Shown: piece by piece, positions 19,602-28,827 of the stretch
Layout of the letters: each line of letters starts with the position of its first letter
How positions within the stretch are numbered: the stretch's first letter is position 1
NCBI GenBank assembly: GCA_964477845.1
Contig: CAYZES010000004.1
Span: forward strand, 68,693-132,692
Reading direction: 5' to 3'
Source: an uncultured Dehalococcoidia bacterium
Lineage (GTDB): Bacteria; Chloroflexota; Dehalococcoidia; Lucifugimonadales; UBA2962
Length of the DNA stretch: 64,000 nucleotides
Made by a program: the position numbers and the translations under genes
The notes under the pieces: model-generated
The model's input: the letters and a program-made list of their open reading frames with translations, nothing else
Database searches by the model: none
What the model was told of the DNA's origin: nothing

Positions 19602-20317
19602 AGCTATCTCCTTAAGGCAGCCGCTCTTCCTCTAATCAAGTAACTGTCCTGCCGACGGGATGGCTCCCTGGGCACGCCGGCCGCCTTATTCATCGCGTGC
19701 CGATGGAGAGTTCGGGCGCCAATGAAAGGCCGCCCCAACCCAGCCATGAGGAAATTCTAACAGCGGGCCCTCACGGTCGGTAGGCCCGAGGATTGGTGAT
19801 CTGAATACACGGAGGATGATCTGCGAAACACCATACCGGCCCGGGGCGGGCACGCCGGCCCTCACGTATTCAGACAAATCACACGGGCTGGAATCGCCCA
19901 CGCTCCAGCCCTACTGCCGGTGCGGAGGTCAGCGGCAGGTTGCTCCCAGGCGATATAGGACGGCGGCGCCCGGAGACCTGATCTGGCTGCCCCCAGCGCA
20001 GCATCCGTCGCATGCCCGCCTGCGGAATCCCGGCTAAGGGATCAGCGTGCTGCAAAAGACGATACTCAGGCAGCCGGCGAGGTCGGAACGGCAGGCCGAC
20101 CCGGTCTGATAGCCCCGGCCCGAACCACGAGCAGCTTTCCGACGGCCGATGCGCAGCAAGAGTTGGTTACTCACATCAGGGCGACGTATCGAATGGCGGC
20201 CCTTACCACGAACACATGGAGTTGGTTATCTATTTGCCCGTGTATTCACCTGACAACTTCAGCCATATATATGGTCAAAGTTTGGGAGGTCGCAGCCTCA
20301 CCATCCTTGAGGTGATG

Positions 20318-20608
20318 CTAGGTCTGCCGCGTTCTCGGTCGCCCGCGACGTCGACCCTCCTTAAGCCAGTAATACACCGCATCGTCCGAGCGCTTTATCT
20401 CAATGTCTCTGCCGGACATGCGGGCGGCATCTCCCAACCTTCGCCTCACTGTCGAGAGCGTCTCTCCCGGCGACGGCTGGACGACTCCTGCACTTCCCCT
20501 GGGCAGGCTGCCGATGCTCTCAAGGTAGGCGGCCAGGTCCTTTTGCCTCTTGCCACCGCCCGTGATCCTCATTGCTTCCTCAACAGACGTAGTCGTGAAC
20601 TCCGGCAT
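20318..20608 (-). CDS. small hypothetical protein
   Basis: 96 aa. It is the only protein-like ORF in an A/T-richer, otherwise non-coding stretch. GGAGG lies 12 nt upstream of the ATG, and the C-terminal tail is basic (RRRGRPRTRQT). No family recognised. Confidence 0.35.
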   Translation of the reverse strand: MPEFTTTSVEEAMRITGGGKRQKDLAAYLESIGSLPRGSAGVVQPSPGETLSTVRRRLGDAARMSGRDIEIKRSDDAVYYWLKEGRRRGRPRTRQT

Positions 20609-21395
20609 AACCTACAAAATCCTCCGATCATTGTCCCGCATCGTCACACAGACTGTAGGATCGACACGTGTCATTAATAATATGCCACAAGAGCGAACTT
20701 GCGTCACCCCAAACAAGTCGCAAGGTACCTTGCATTAGCCGCGCCGACTCTAGGTCAGACGAACCGAATCAATCGGCGCGCCGCCAGGCTCAAGCAATCA
20801 CGGGTGGCCCCGGCATCCCTGAGCAGAATAAAGAGCGACTGGCATGAATTTCGACCAGGAGCCTTGGTCACACAGGACCGGCAGCTTGGGCGAGAACCTG
20901 TCCTCAGGTAAGCCAGAACAGACACCGCCCGCATACCCGGCGCAACCAACGGGGCGTTGCAGTACATTCAGCGAGCTTTCCTGCGGGCATACAGGTGCAA
21001 TCTGTCCGACCAGATGGGAAGTCTTGCCGGCAAAACTAGCGAGGATCAGGCCGTTACGGTGATCGACAGTTACCGGCCGGTCGAGATCCAATCATGATTG
21101 TCCAATTTCCGGGTCCTGGTATGGTGAACGTCCCCTCGGCCCATCCGAGCCGGTAATCAGCATAACTAGGCGCTCAAACGCAGCACACAAGACTGTTACG
21201 GCGCTACCCCATAGGCACCGTAGACTCTTTTTCGGACGGTTCAAAAACCCCCGCCAACCCCGACATCCTTGCGCCACTTTTACGCTGCGTTCAGGGTGTC
21301 CCGAGATAGGGATCCCAACGGCTCGGAGCCTACCAAAGGAAACCTACACTCGTGAGTATGCAGTTCTTGAGGAGCTGAGCGGCTATCATCAGGAC

Positions 21396-21770
21396 ATGGC
21401 TGCTTTTCGGACACCCATGCTGGTCCTTGCGATCGTGCACGCACTGTTTGTGGGGTTTACGGCCCTAGTTGGCGCCTTTGCGGACGGCGGCGACATCTGG
21501 TCGCGACTACTACTTGTGCTCGTTCATCCCCTGTGCGCTATCGGCATGCTTGCATTGGCCTGGCGACCGCGGCCCGCGACCCCTGCGATCATCGCCGTAA
21601 CGCTCATCATGGTCATAAACATCGCCGCCGACCTTTTTCTCGCACAGCTGATCGCCGCAGGTTCCGTGAAGGGCGACTGGTGGTTGCCGTTGTCAATGTC
21701 CGTGGTCCCGGCCATCGGGGTCATATACGCGCTCACGTTGCTCAGGACGTCACGTCCAACCCTCAGGTAG
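21396..21770 (+). CDS. small integral membrane protein (about 4 TM)
   Basis: 124 aa with four clear hydrophobic segments (LVLAIVHALFVGFTALVGAF etc.). No family recognised. Confidence 0.55.
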   Translation: MAAFRTPMLVLAIVHALFVGFTALVGAFADGGDIWSRLLLVLVHPLCAIGMLALAWRPRPATPAIIAVTLIMVINIAADLFLAQLIAAGSVKGDWWLPLSMSVVPAIGVIYALTLLRTSRPTLR

Positions 21771-21993
21771 CCGTGAAGGGGCGTGTCCGGAGGCTTCAGT
21801 ACCCGAACGTTGGTAGGCGGCTGTCACCCACTGGCCTGATCGAAGATCCCGTCAACCCCAAAGGGGAACGAGGCGGCCAAGGGCGTACTTTTCGGTCTGG
21901 ACGGCATTTAGCGTCCGGTGTGAAACCCGGGCGATGAGTCAGCTTCGCCCGAGACGAGTTCCCAGTCGGCACCCGGCTCCTCCATCCGATCCC

Positions 21994-22374
21994 TTACCGG
22001 TAGCGGCGTTCGGCGAAGATGTGACCGGCTATCCACGAGACACCCATTACCGGCCAGACGAACCACCAGTTGATGTGGGGCAGTCCGACATGCTGCAGGA
22101 AGCCGTAGCAAAAGGTGACCGCCGCGGTGACCCCAAAGGCAATAGCGAACGCCTCCAGCTTGATGCGCCTCTGTGTCTCGTCCAGGCCGCGCATGAACCG
22201 CACGTATGCAGCGATCGCATACACGAACGGCACCATAGGCAAAACGGCCACCGGATAGCGCCAAGCCGCATCCGGATAGGCTGAGGTCAGCAGCCCTGTC
22301 CCTACGACGAGCGCTGCATAGATCAGCAATGCGAGAGTCATCCGCGTCGAATAGCCCCTGTTGGCATCGTCCAT
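21994..22374 (-). CDS. small integral membrane protein (about 4 TM)
   Basis: The ORF track extends to 22791, but the upstream part is not protein-like. I start at ATG 22374 (MDDANRGYSTRMTLALLIYAALVV..), giving 126 aa with a hydrophobic pattern. Confidence 0.5.
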   Translation of the reverse strand: MDDANRGYSTRMTLALLIYAALVVGTGLLTSAYPDAAWRYPVAVLPMVPFVYAIAAYVRFMRGLDETQRRIKLEAFAIAFGVTAAVTFCYGFLQHVGLPHINWWFVWPVMGVSWIAGHIFAERRYR

Positions 22375-22914
22375 GGTCCGTGCGGCCCCCTCGAGTAGTC
22401 CCAAATGGACTTTAAGGATAACTGGAAACAATGCCGGAAACTGCCCTGGTTGCCCGTGTGGCGCGCCGATCCGGCAGAAGGCCTTAAGAACATAGGCGTC
22501 CCGCGCAAGCGAATACCGCCGGCGTGCCGGGACGTCGACCATGCTCAGGTGGACAGCAGACAGGGATTGGGGAGTGGTGATCCGTTGGGCGCCATCGAGC
22601 GGCCGACGCCCGTCACGCTGCAATCCTGCTTCGGTATTAGCACCGCCCACCAGGGTCGAGCGGTTGCTTTCAGACTGGCGCCTTGCCGAAGAGGACTCTG
22701 CGTCCAGGAACCGGGTGGCAGGGCCCACATCCCGCACATCTTCATGGGTGGGTACCCGCGCTACCTGAAGCCCGCACATCGGTGGCCTCAATCAGGAAAC
22801 AGGAAAGGACAATGGCCACACGCGACGCAGGTTTGGCCCTACCCCGCGAGGACACAGGGAATTCGAATCGGCGGCGCGCCCGGCAACGCCAGGGCCCTTC
22901 CGGCGCTGGCCGAT

Positions 22915-24081
22915 CTACTCTCTGGGCGCCGGCCCTAACACCCTGTACATTCTGTCCTCGGTCCGCTCCTTGGCTGGCAGCACCTCGACGACAACCCGGG
23001 ACAAGCCTACCACCTCACCGTCTGAGTCAAAGCTGTAGTTGTCTCCGATCGCGCCACTCCAGGTGATCTCGTACATGCAGTCCCTGAAGCCGTCCGCGTC
23101 CTGGTCGTCATCCGTTCTCTTGAGGCACTCGGCCGCGATGTACACATCGTCGTATGCGGAGCCGAGATGCCAGGGAAGCGTAACGTAGTTGTAGCGCTCC
23201 CTGAAGTTGGCCAGAACCTCCTGCGCCTTCTCGTTATCGGGGTCGAGGTCGGCCGTGATCGCCTTCATTCCGTTTGCCGCATCGCCGGCTATATCAAGGG
23301 CGGTCGTTCCCACGGACACCGTTTCCGCGTAGATGGGGCCCTCAAACCCTACCTCCCTCGCCTGCTTGATTATGGTCCCGGCGGCGAACTCCGATTGCGG
23401 GGAGATGTGAAGCGCGTCGGGGTCAGCCTCAAAGAGCTTTATAAGCTGTGTCCTGAGATCGGTGACATCGGATGCGAACCTCTCTTCGGCAACGAGACGG
23501 CCGCCGCGCTTTTCGAACTGGGCTACCGAGGTGCGCCTGACGCCCTCGGCGTAGTCGGTGGCCTCTGTAATCGTCGCGAGCGTGCGAATACCGTCCTCCC
23601 ACAGGATGTTTCCGGTGTCGATGCCTACCTGTATGTCGCTGATCTGGGTGCGAAAGATGTAGTCGCCGGCCTTGGCGATGTCCGGGTTGCTCGCCAGCCC
23701 GGAGAACAGGATCACTCCATCCGCCTCCGCCAGCGGGGCGACGCCGAGCATGGCGCCACTGCAGGACGTTCCCAGGATGATCCTCAGTCCATCGACCTTC
23801 GTCAGCTTGTTATAGGCCGTTATGGCGTCCTGGGCATTGCACTTGGAGTCCTCCACGACGAGCTCGAGTGGTCGCCCGTTTATCCCGCCGGCGGCGTTGA
23901 TCTCATCGGCTGCCATCTGCTTTGCGTTACTGGCCACCGTGCCGTACGTTTCGCCGGAGCCGGTCAACGATTCCATCACGCCGATTCTGAAAGGCTCAGG
24001 GCCGTCCCCCCCGCCACCACCGCAGGAGAGTGCGGCCAGAGCCAATAGCAGTCCAACTAATACGATAAGTTGCCTAGGCAT
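22915..24081 (-). CDS. ABC transporter substrate-binding protein, orphan paralogue of 18339..19601
   Basis: 388 aa with lipobox-like LAALSCGGG. Long runs are identical to the first SBP (FRIGVMESLTG.GETYGTVA, ILGTSCSGAMLG, DGVILFSGLA, ATDYAEGVRRT). Confidence 0.9.
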   Translation of the reverse strand: MPRQLIVLVGLLLALAALSCGGGGGDGPEPFRIGVMESLTGSGETYGTVASNAKQMAADEINAAGGINGRPLELVVEDSKCNAQDAITAYNKLTKVDGLRIILGTSCSGAMLGVAPLAEADGVILFSGLASNPDIAKAGDYIFRTQISDIQVGIDTGNILWEDGIRTLATITEATDYAEGVRRTSVAQFEKRGGRLVAEERFASDVTDLRTQLIKLFEADPDALHISPQSEFAAGTIIKQAREVGFEGPIYAETVSVGTTALDIAGDAANGMKAITADLDPDNEKAQEVLANFRERYNYVTLPWHLGSAYDDVYIAAECLKRTDDDQDADGFRDCMYEITWSGAIGDNYSFDSDGEVVGLSRVVVEVLPAKERTEDRMYRVLGPAPRE

Positions 24082-24449
24082 CAGCCAAATCGTACCCCCA
24101 AATTAAGGAGCGCTGCCTCGCACCGCCCGTGCCCTGCAGGCATCCTTCCGTAGGCACCAGGAAAGCTGTGCATTGGCGATTGCGCGGGAGGTATGCGCTG
24201 GCCGGTTAGTCTACATGTCCTCATCTTCTAGAGGTACCTGACACCAACTCGGCTCAATCGGCATATCGTTGCCGGCTGAGCAGTTGGTCCGAGGCCGCCG
24301 CTCCCGCGCCTCCCTCTAGGCTAGCCTGATCCCCGGGAATTCGCTCGTGCCCGACGAACGCTGGCCAAAGAGATGCGCTCTGGTCACTGCTGCCGATGCC
24401 GCCAGCTTGTTAACGCCCCGAGCCAGATGCCTCCAACTGACGGTCGAAC

Positions 24450-25889
24450 CTAGGGAGCGCCGACGCCTCCGTGTACCAGCGACCTGGCAGATGGCACCTG
24501 GAGATGCTGTGACGTGCTCCCCCGACGTGGTCGTACGCTGCGGCTGCCGTCCCATGGCTTGCATGTGAACCGGCGTCCCAGATCCCTGGTGATTTCCTGC
24601 CATTTCCTTTCTTCATCCGGCGTGATGAATGTCACAGCCTGACCGGTTCGTCCCATGCGGCCGGTCCGGCCAACCCGGTGGGTGAAGAGTTGTTCAGAGT
24701 CCGGCAGGTCATAGTTGATGACCTGGCCGACGCCCTCAATATCCAAACCCCGAGCGGCGACGTTCGTCGCAACCAGGATCGGCGTAGCTCCAGACCGGAA
24801 TGCGGTCATGACGCGCTCTCGGGCATTTTGACTAAGGTTTCCCTGGAGAGCCCCGACCGGATAGCCCAGGGTGTCCAGTTGCCTGGCCAGCTTCTTGACA
24901 CCGTGCTTTGTCTTTCCGAAGACGATCACGGGCATGCCGTCGCGCTGGTCCAACAGGCTTTGAAGGGCGCGTATCTTTTCGCTCCTGTCGATGGTGTAGA
25001 CGAAGTGCTTGACGGTGGGCAGCGTTTGCAGGTCCGAGTCGACCTCGGACTTCGCAGGGTTCCGCAGGTGCTTTGTGGCCGTCTTTGCAACCCAAGCGGG
25101 CATTGTCGCCGACAGGAGCGCTGTCTGCCGACTGGACGGCGTCCGGCTGAGGATGGCCTCAACATCCGGGGCAAAACCCCTGTCCAGCATCTCGTCGGCC
25201 TCGTCCAACACCATCAGACGCACGGATTCGAGCCCCAGGGTGCCCTGCCGAAGGTGATCAAGGGTGCGACCTGGTGTCCCAATGACAATCTGGGCGCCGG
25301 CTCTTAGCTCGGTGCTCTCGGGGCGCGAGGAACGGCCACCGTAAAGGAGAACGACGCGAAGTCCATGCGGAGAGGCGATTTCCTTGGTGACTGCAGCCAC
25401 CTGGATGGCCAGTTCGCGCGTGGGAACCAGCACCAGCGCCTGAACCTGCCGGACCGAGGGGTCGCACCGCTCCACCATCGGGACTGCAAAAGCCAGGGTC
25501 TTCCCAGATCCTGTGCGCGCCTGTCCTATCAGGTCTCGTCCGGCCAATAGAAGGGGGATGGACTGCTTCTGTATGGGCGTGGGCACCGATATGTTCAGGC
25601 GCGAGAGCGCCGACCTGGTGGCGGCCTTAAGGGCCATTCCAGGAAAGGCTGATTCGGCTGCGGGCGGAACGCCGGCAGGAGATTCCTCCGTACCATGCGA
25701 CCCAGCTCCGGGCGGGGATGGCTGGTGGGAGAAGCGCCGGGCCTTGAAACACGAGCGGCAGAACACGGGACGATTCTTGCTCGGCAGGAAGGGGACGGTC
25801 GTAGGCGTGGCGCATTCAGCGCAAACGACTTCGCGCCCGGGTCTACGGTTGTGTAAACCTGGGCGAGCGGACGGGGATTTAGACGGCAT
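24450..25889 (-). CDS. DEAD-box ATP-dependent RNA helicase with N-terminal CxxC-x17-CxxC zinc ribbon
   Basis: 479 aa with Q-motif TPIQKQ, AQARTGSGKT, DEAD, SAT and HRVGRTGR. The N-terminus carries CAEC-x17-CRSC. AAGGAG lies 12 nt upstream of the ATG. Confidence 0.93.
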   Translation of the reverse strand: MPSKSPSARPGLHNRRPGREVVCAECATPTTVPFLPSKNRPVFCRSCFKARRFSHQPSPPGAGSHGTEESPAGVPPAAESAFPGMALKAATRSALSRLNISVPTPIQKQSIPLLLAGRDLIGQARTGSGKTLAFAVPMVERCDPSVRQVQALVLVPTRELAIQVAAVTKEIASPHGLRVVLLYGGRSSRPESTELRAGAQIVIGTPGRTLDHLRQGTLGLESVRLMVLDEADEMLDRGFAPDVEAILSRTPSSRQTALLSATMPAWVAKTATKHLRNPAKSEVDSDLQTLPTVKHFVYTIDRSEKIRALQSLLDQRDGMPVIVFGKTKHGVKKLARQLDTLGYPVGALQGNLSQNARERVMTAFRSGATPILVATNVAARGLDIEGVGQVINYDLPDSEQLFTHRVGRTGRMGRTGQAVTFITPDEERKWQEITRDLGRRFTCKPWDGSRSVRPRRGSTSQHLQVPSARSLVHGGVGAP

Positions 25890-26832
25890 GCGGAAGCGGA
25901 CTCCTTAGGCCCAAGGGGCGAGATCGGTATTCAAAGCGGGGACAATGACGAAAGATGGGAAGGGAGACGGTTCGCCGCAGCGGACACCGTCCGCACGCTA
26001 TTTGGACGTGCTCTAGCCACTTTAACAGAAAACCGGGTGGCCGACCTGCAATCGGCTCTCCGGCCAGCCGCTGGGTTAAGCCGACGGTCGAATTGCGATG
26101 CCGGGGCGGTCCGGATAACGAATGCGGCAGGCCCCGCCCAAAACCCTGGACTGGCCAGGCCCGGCACCTGGCACGGCCGGGCACCGAGAACGCACCTCTG
26201 ATGCGAGATGCCACTGACCACTGCCGTCAACGAGCAGAACCGCAAACGGCCTGAGGCAGTAAGCGATTCTAAATCCAGGGTCTAAGGTGTGGGCGGGCGC
26301 AGCCCGTGGGGTCCGCTAATGCCCCGGCCGCTCTGGGCCCTGGTCACGCAGTTCGCCTGCGCGCCGGCCTGGAATCTCTCGGGGCGGCGGCGAGAATCAC
26401 GTCGTAAGCGAAATGGCGACGGCGCAACCGACCGCCAGCACCATCACCAACAGCAGCCAGAGATCGTTCAGCCTCCGGTCGCGCCCACCAGCCTTCATCG
26501 AAAGACCCCCGTGCGTTCCCCGGGAGCCCTGGCCACCGGCGACCTCCCATAGCCGTCCCAGGTTGCCGGGTCTTTGTCATGTGTTATCTAGAACGTTTCG
26601 AGGGGGGACACGGTTGCGATCGGAATCGGCAGATGCACTCACTAAGACGCCCTGCGGGGAAGGGGCCATTTGCCGTAACGGAAAGGCGGGGGTCGCGGCC
26701 TGAAATCCCACTAAGTCCCGCATGCCGGGAACGGGGCCGGGCACTGGCCGCAAGTGACGTGCACCGCCGGACTAACGGCAGCGCTGTCTTACTGAGATTC
26801 CGGCACGCGGGTGCCGTCTACGGGCCGGTTCT

Positions 26833-27390
26833 CTAGCTAAGCGGGCCGGTCGTCGAGCGCACCGGCCGACCGTCCTCCAGTCTCAGCAGGTAGCGGTAGT
26901 CGTACCCCATCCGCCTTATGCGTTCACCGCCATCGTCCCGGTCGAAGACTGCGATCACCTGACTGACGACACTGCCGGCGCTTTCGACGGCATCGATACA
27001 CCTAATGATCGAACCTCCGGTCGCGCAAGTGTCGTCTACGATTGCCACCACGGGCTCGAGGTTGCCCTCGATCTGTTTGAGCAGGCCGTGGACCCTGGGT
27101 TCCGTGCGGACGTAGAAGCCACGGCGCGGGACCGGCGACTGGTGTACCACCGCAGCTACCACGGGTATGGCCGCGGTGACAGGCCCCCCGATGGAGCGGA
27201 CATCGTCGGAGAGCATCTCGGCTATGCATCGGCCGACCAGAAAACCGCCCTTGGGAGACAGCATGAACGAGCGTCCGTCCACGTACCAATCGGTTGACTG
27301 GCCGTCGGTCAATTCGAACCGACCCCGTCGAATGTGTGGCCGGACCAGGCGGGTCATCTCCGTCAGATATTTCGAGCTCTCTCCACCCAT
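26833..27390 (-). CDS. type I phosphoribosyltransferase (orotate PRTase-like)
   Basis: 185 aa with the PRPP-binding loop VAIVDDTCATGGSI. It has a PyrE-like length but I do not call it pyrE. Confidence 0.78.
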   Translation of the reverse strand: MGGESSKYLTEMTRLVRPHIRRGRFELTDGQSTDWYVDGRSFMLSPKGGFLVGRCIAEMLSDDVRSIGGPVTAAIPVVAAVVHQSPVPRRGFYVRTEPRVHGLLKQIEGNLEPVVAIVDDTCATGGSIIRCIDAVESAGSVVSQVIAVFDRDDGGERIRRMGYDYRYLLRLEDGRPVRSTTGPLS

Positions 27391-27479
27391 TCGATCCCCG
27401 AGGTACCGTCTCTAGGTGCCTTTGAATCGCATCTCCGCTGTGTTATCGCTGGCACCGTCTATTCCGCGGTTCGACCGTC

Positions 27480-28046
27480 TCAGCCCGGGCGAGCCGGGTC
27501 GGTCTGGACCTGTGCCGTGCCGAGCGCATAGACGGCCGGAAGATTCCTGAAAGCACCGTCGTAGTCCAGTCCATAACCCACCACGAAGACATCCGGCACC
27601 TTGAACCCAAAGTAATCCACCTCCACGTCGTGCGTTCGGCGGGAAGGCTTGTCCAGCAGGGCGCATATCCTGACGGACCGCGCTCCCAGGGCCGTCAGTC
27701 CCTCCGACAGGAGCGCGCAAGTTGCCCCGGTATCGACAATGTCCTCGACTATCAGGACGTCCCTTCCCTCGATCCGTTCACGGCGGGGCATCCACATGAC
27801 CTCGATATCCCCGGGGCCGGCACCTTCATAGCTGCTCATGCGCACCGTGGTGACGCGGACCGGGTCTCCGAATGCACGCATCAGGTCCGCAAGGAAACAT
27901 ACCGCCCCGTCCATCGCCCCGACCAGGACCAGATCCGAAAGGTCGTATCGTTCGCCTATCTCCGCGGCGATCTCCTCGACCGCCCGTGCTATCTGGCTCT
28001 CTGAGAACAGAGCCGGTCCCAGTTCCATGTTCCCAACCACAACCAT
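27480..28046 (-). CDS. hpt: hypoxanthine phosphoribosyltransferase
   Basis: 188 aa with VLIVEDIVDTGATCALL and the C-terminal DVFVVGYGLDYDG.FRNLP pattern of HGPRT. Confidence 0.92.
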   Translation of the reverse strand: MVVVGNMELGPALFSESQIARAVEEIAAEIGERYDLSDLVLVGAMDGAVCFLADLMRAFGDPVRVTTVRMSSYEGAGPGDIEVMWMPRRERIEGRDVLIVEDIVDTGATCALLSEGLTALGARSVRICALLDKPSRRTHDVEVDYFGFKVPDVFVVGYGLDYDGAFRNLPAVYALGTAQVQTDPARPG

Positions 28047-28533
28047 TGCGATCCCGAATGCCGGCTCTCCCGATCTTGAGGTTCCCCGCTACCCGCCCAG
28101 CCAGCCCAGCGGACCCCCGGCACTCGCCCTATCGTCCATCCGTCAGCCTCCGTTCTTCGGGCTCACTCGCCCGACCCCAAGGCAAAGGAGGTAAAGATTG
28201 TAGGTCAACCCCGGCCCAAGGCTGCGGCCTCGGCCAATCGGAGGCCACGCCGGTAAAGGACTCCCTTGGTTTCGCACTTGCGATTGCCGGACGATGCAAG
28301 AGATGAGACCGGCGGTATCGGAAATTCTGTGATCAAGAGCGAATGGCTTCCCTAGGGGCTGTGGTGAGCAACCCTGTCTTCCGCCAAGACCTGGTCGCGC
28401 CGGCGAGCGGACGGAGCAGAGAATGGGCTTTCATTCGGTCGACGCATCACACTTCAGGGCATACCCGACTCGCCGCCGCCGGATTCTGCGGCGGTGCGCA
28501 GCGGACTGGACGGAGGGTGTTACGACGCTCGCT

Positions 28534-28827
28534 CTACATGTCGACCGGGTCGAAGTATCTGAGCGCAGGCTCACCATCCAGGTTGGCCGCAAAGCACTCC
28601 ACCCAGCCCGTTTCGACCCGCCAGTTTACGTACGCCTGATGATGGGCGTACGACTCCCACTCCTCCATCAAGAACCATCTGTCGGTCTCGTCAGAGTCCC
28701 TCATTACTTCAACGGAGATACATCCGCTAAAGGCACGGGTATCAGGGAGGGCGTCCCCCAGCATCTTCTCCGCCACGGCGGCCTGCTCTGGCTTCACCCG
28801 GAAATCAAACGTCGCCTTCTTTGTCAT
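28534..28827 (-). CDS. ABM (antibiotic biosynthesis monooxygenase-like) domain protein
   Basis: 97 aa with a ferredoxin-like ABM pattern (FRVKPE..F.GC....V..D......F...EEWES...H..Y). Confidence 0.75.
   Translation of the reverse strand: MTKKATFDFRVKPEQAAVAEKMLGDALPDTRAFSGCISVEVMRDSDETDRWFLMEEWESYAHHQAYVNWRVETGWVECFAANLDGEPALRYFDPVDM

Noticed and set aside
19643-19656. 14-nt identity (ACTGTCCTGCCGAC) between 19643 and 30378, considered as possible element boundaries.
   Set aside because: A handful of 14-mer repeats is expected by chance in 64 kb of compositionally biased DNA, and no extended similarity flanks either copy.
20798-21277. One reading frame interrupted by a single in-frame TGA (21092-21094), in a genome that encodes SelB. 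Considered as a selenoprotein gene or a P-loop ATPase pseudogene (..VMLITGSDGPRGRS..).
   Set aside because: There is no redox-type Cys/Sec motif around the TGA, no obvious SECIS-like hairpin immediately downstream, and the resemblance to a Walker A loop is weak. I mention it only as possible gene decay.
26600-26640. GGGGGGACACGGTTGCGATCGGAATCGG resembles the 5' end of tmRNA (GGGG..GG.UUCGAC.GG).
   Set aside because: Within 300-450 nt downstream I find no matching 3' acceptor strand, no GGTTCGA-type T-arm or CCA end, and no tag-peptide reading frame ending in an ALAA-like sequence. The PRTase CDS occupies the place where the 3' half would be.
26636-26780. Two to three similar ~30-nt units at 61-69-nt spacing, considered as a degenerate CRISPR array.
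   Set aside because: There are only two convincing copies at about 80% identity, the spacing is irregular, no cas genes are in the window, and the units sit inside larger helices. This fits RNA structure or chance better than CRISPR.
28050-28200. hpt leader segments loosely resembling the ZTP riboswitch (GGGTCG..., ...CCGC-TGGGC).
   Set aside because: The conserved UGACUGGCG and CCGCCUGGGC elements are not matched, hpt is not a typical ZTP target, and the guanine/adenine aptamer consensus is also absent.
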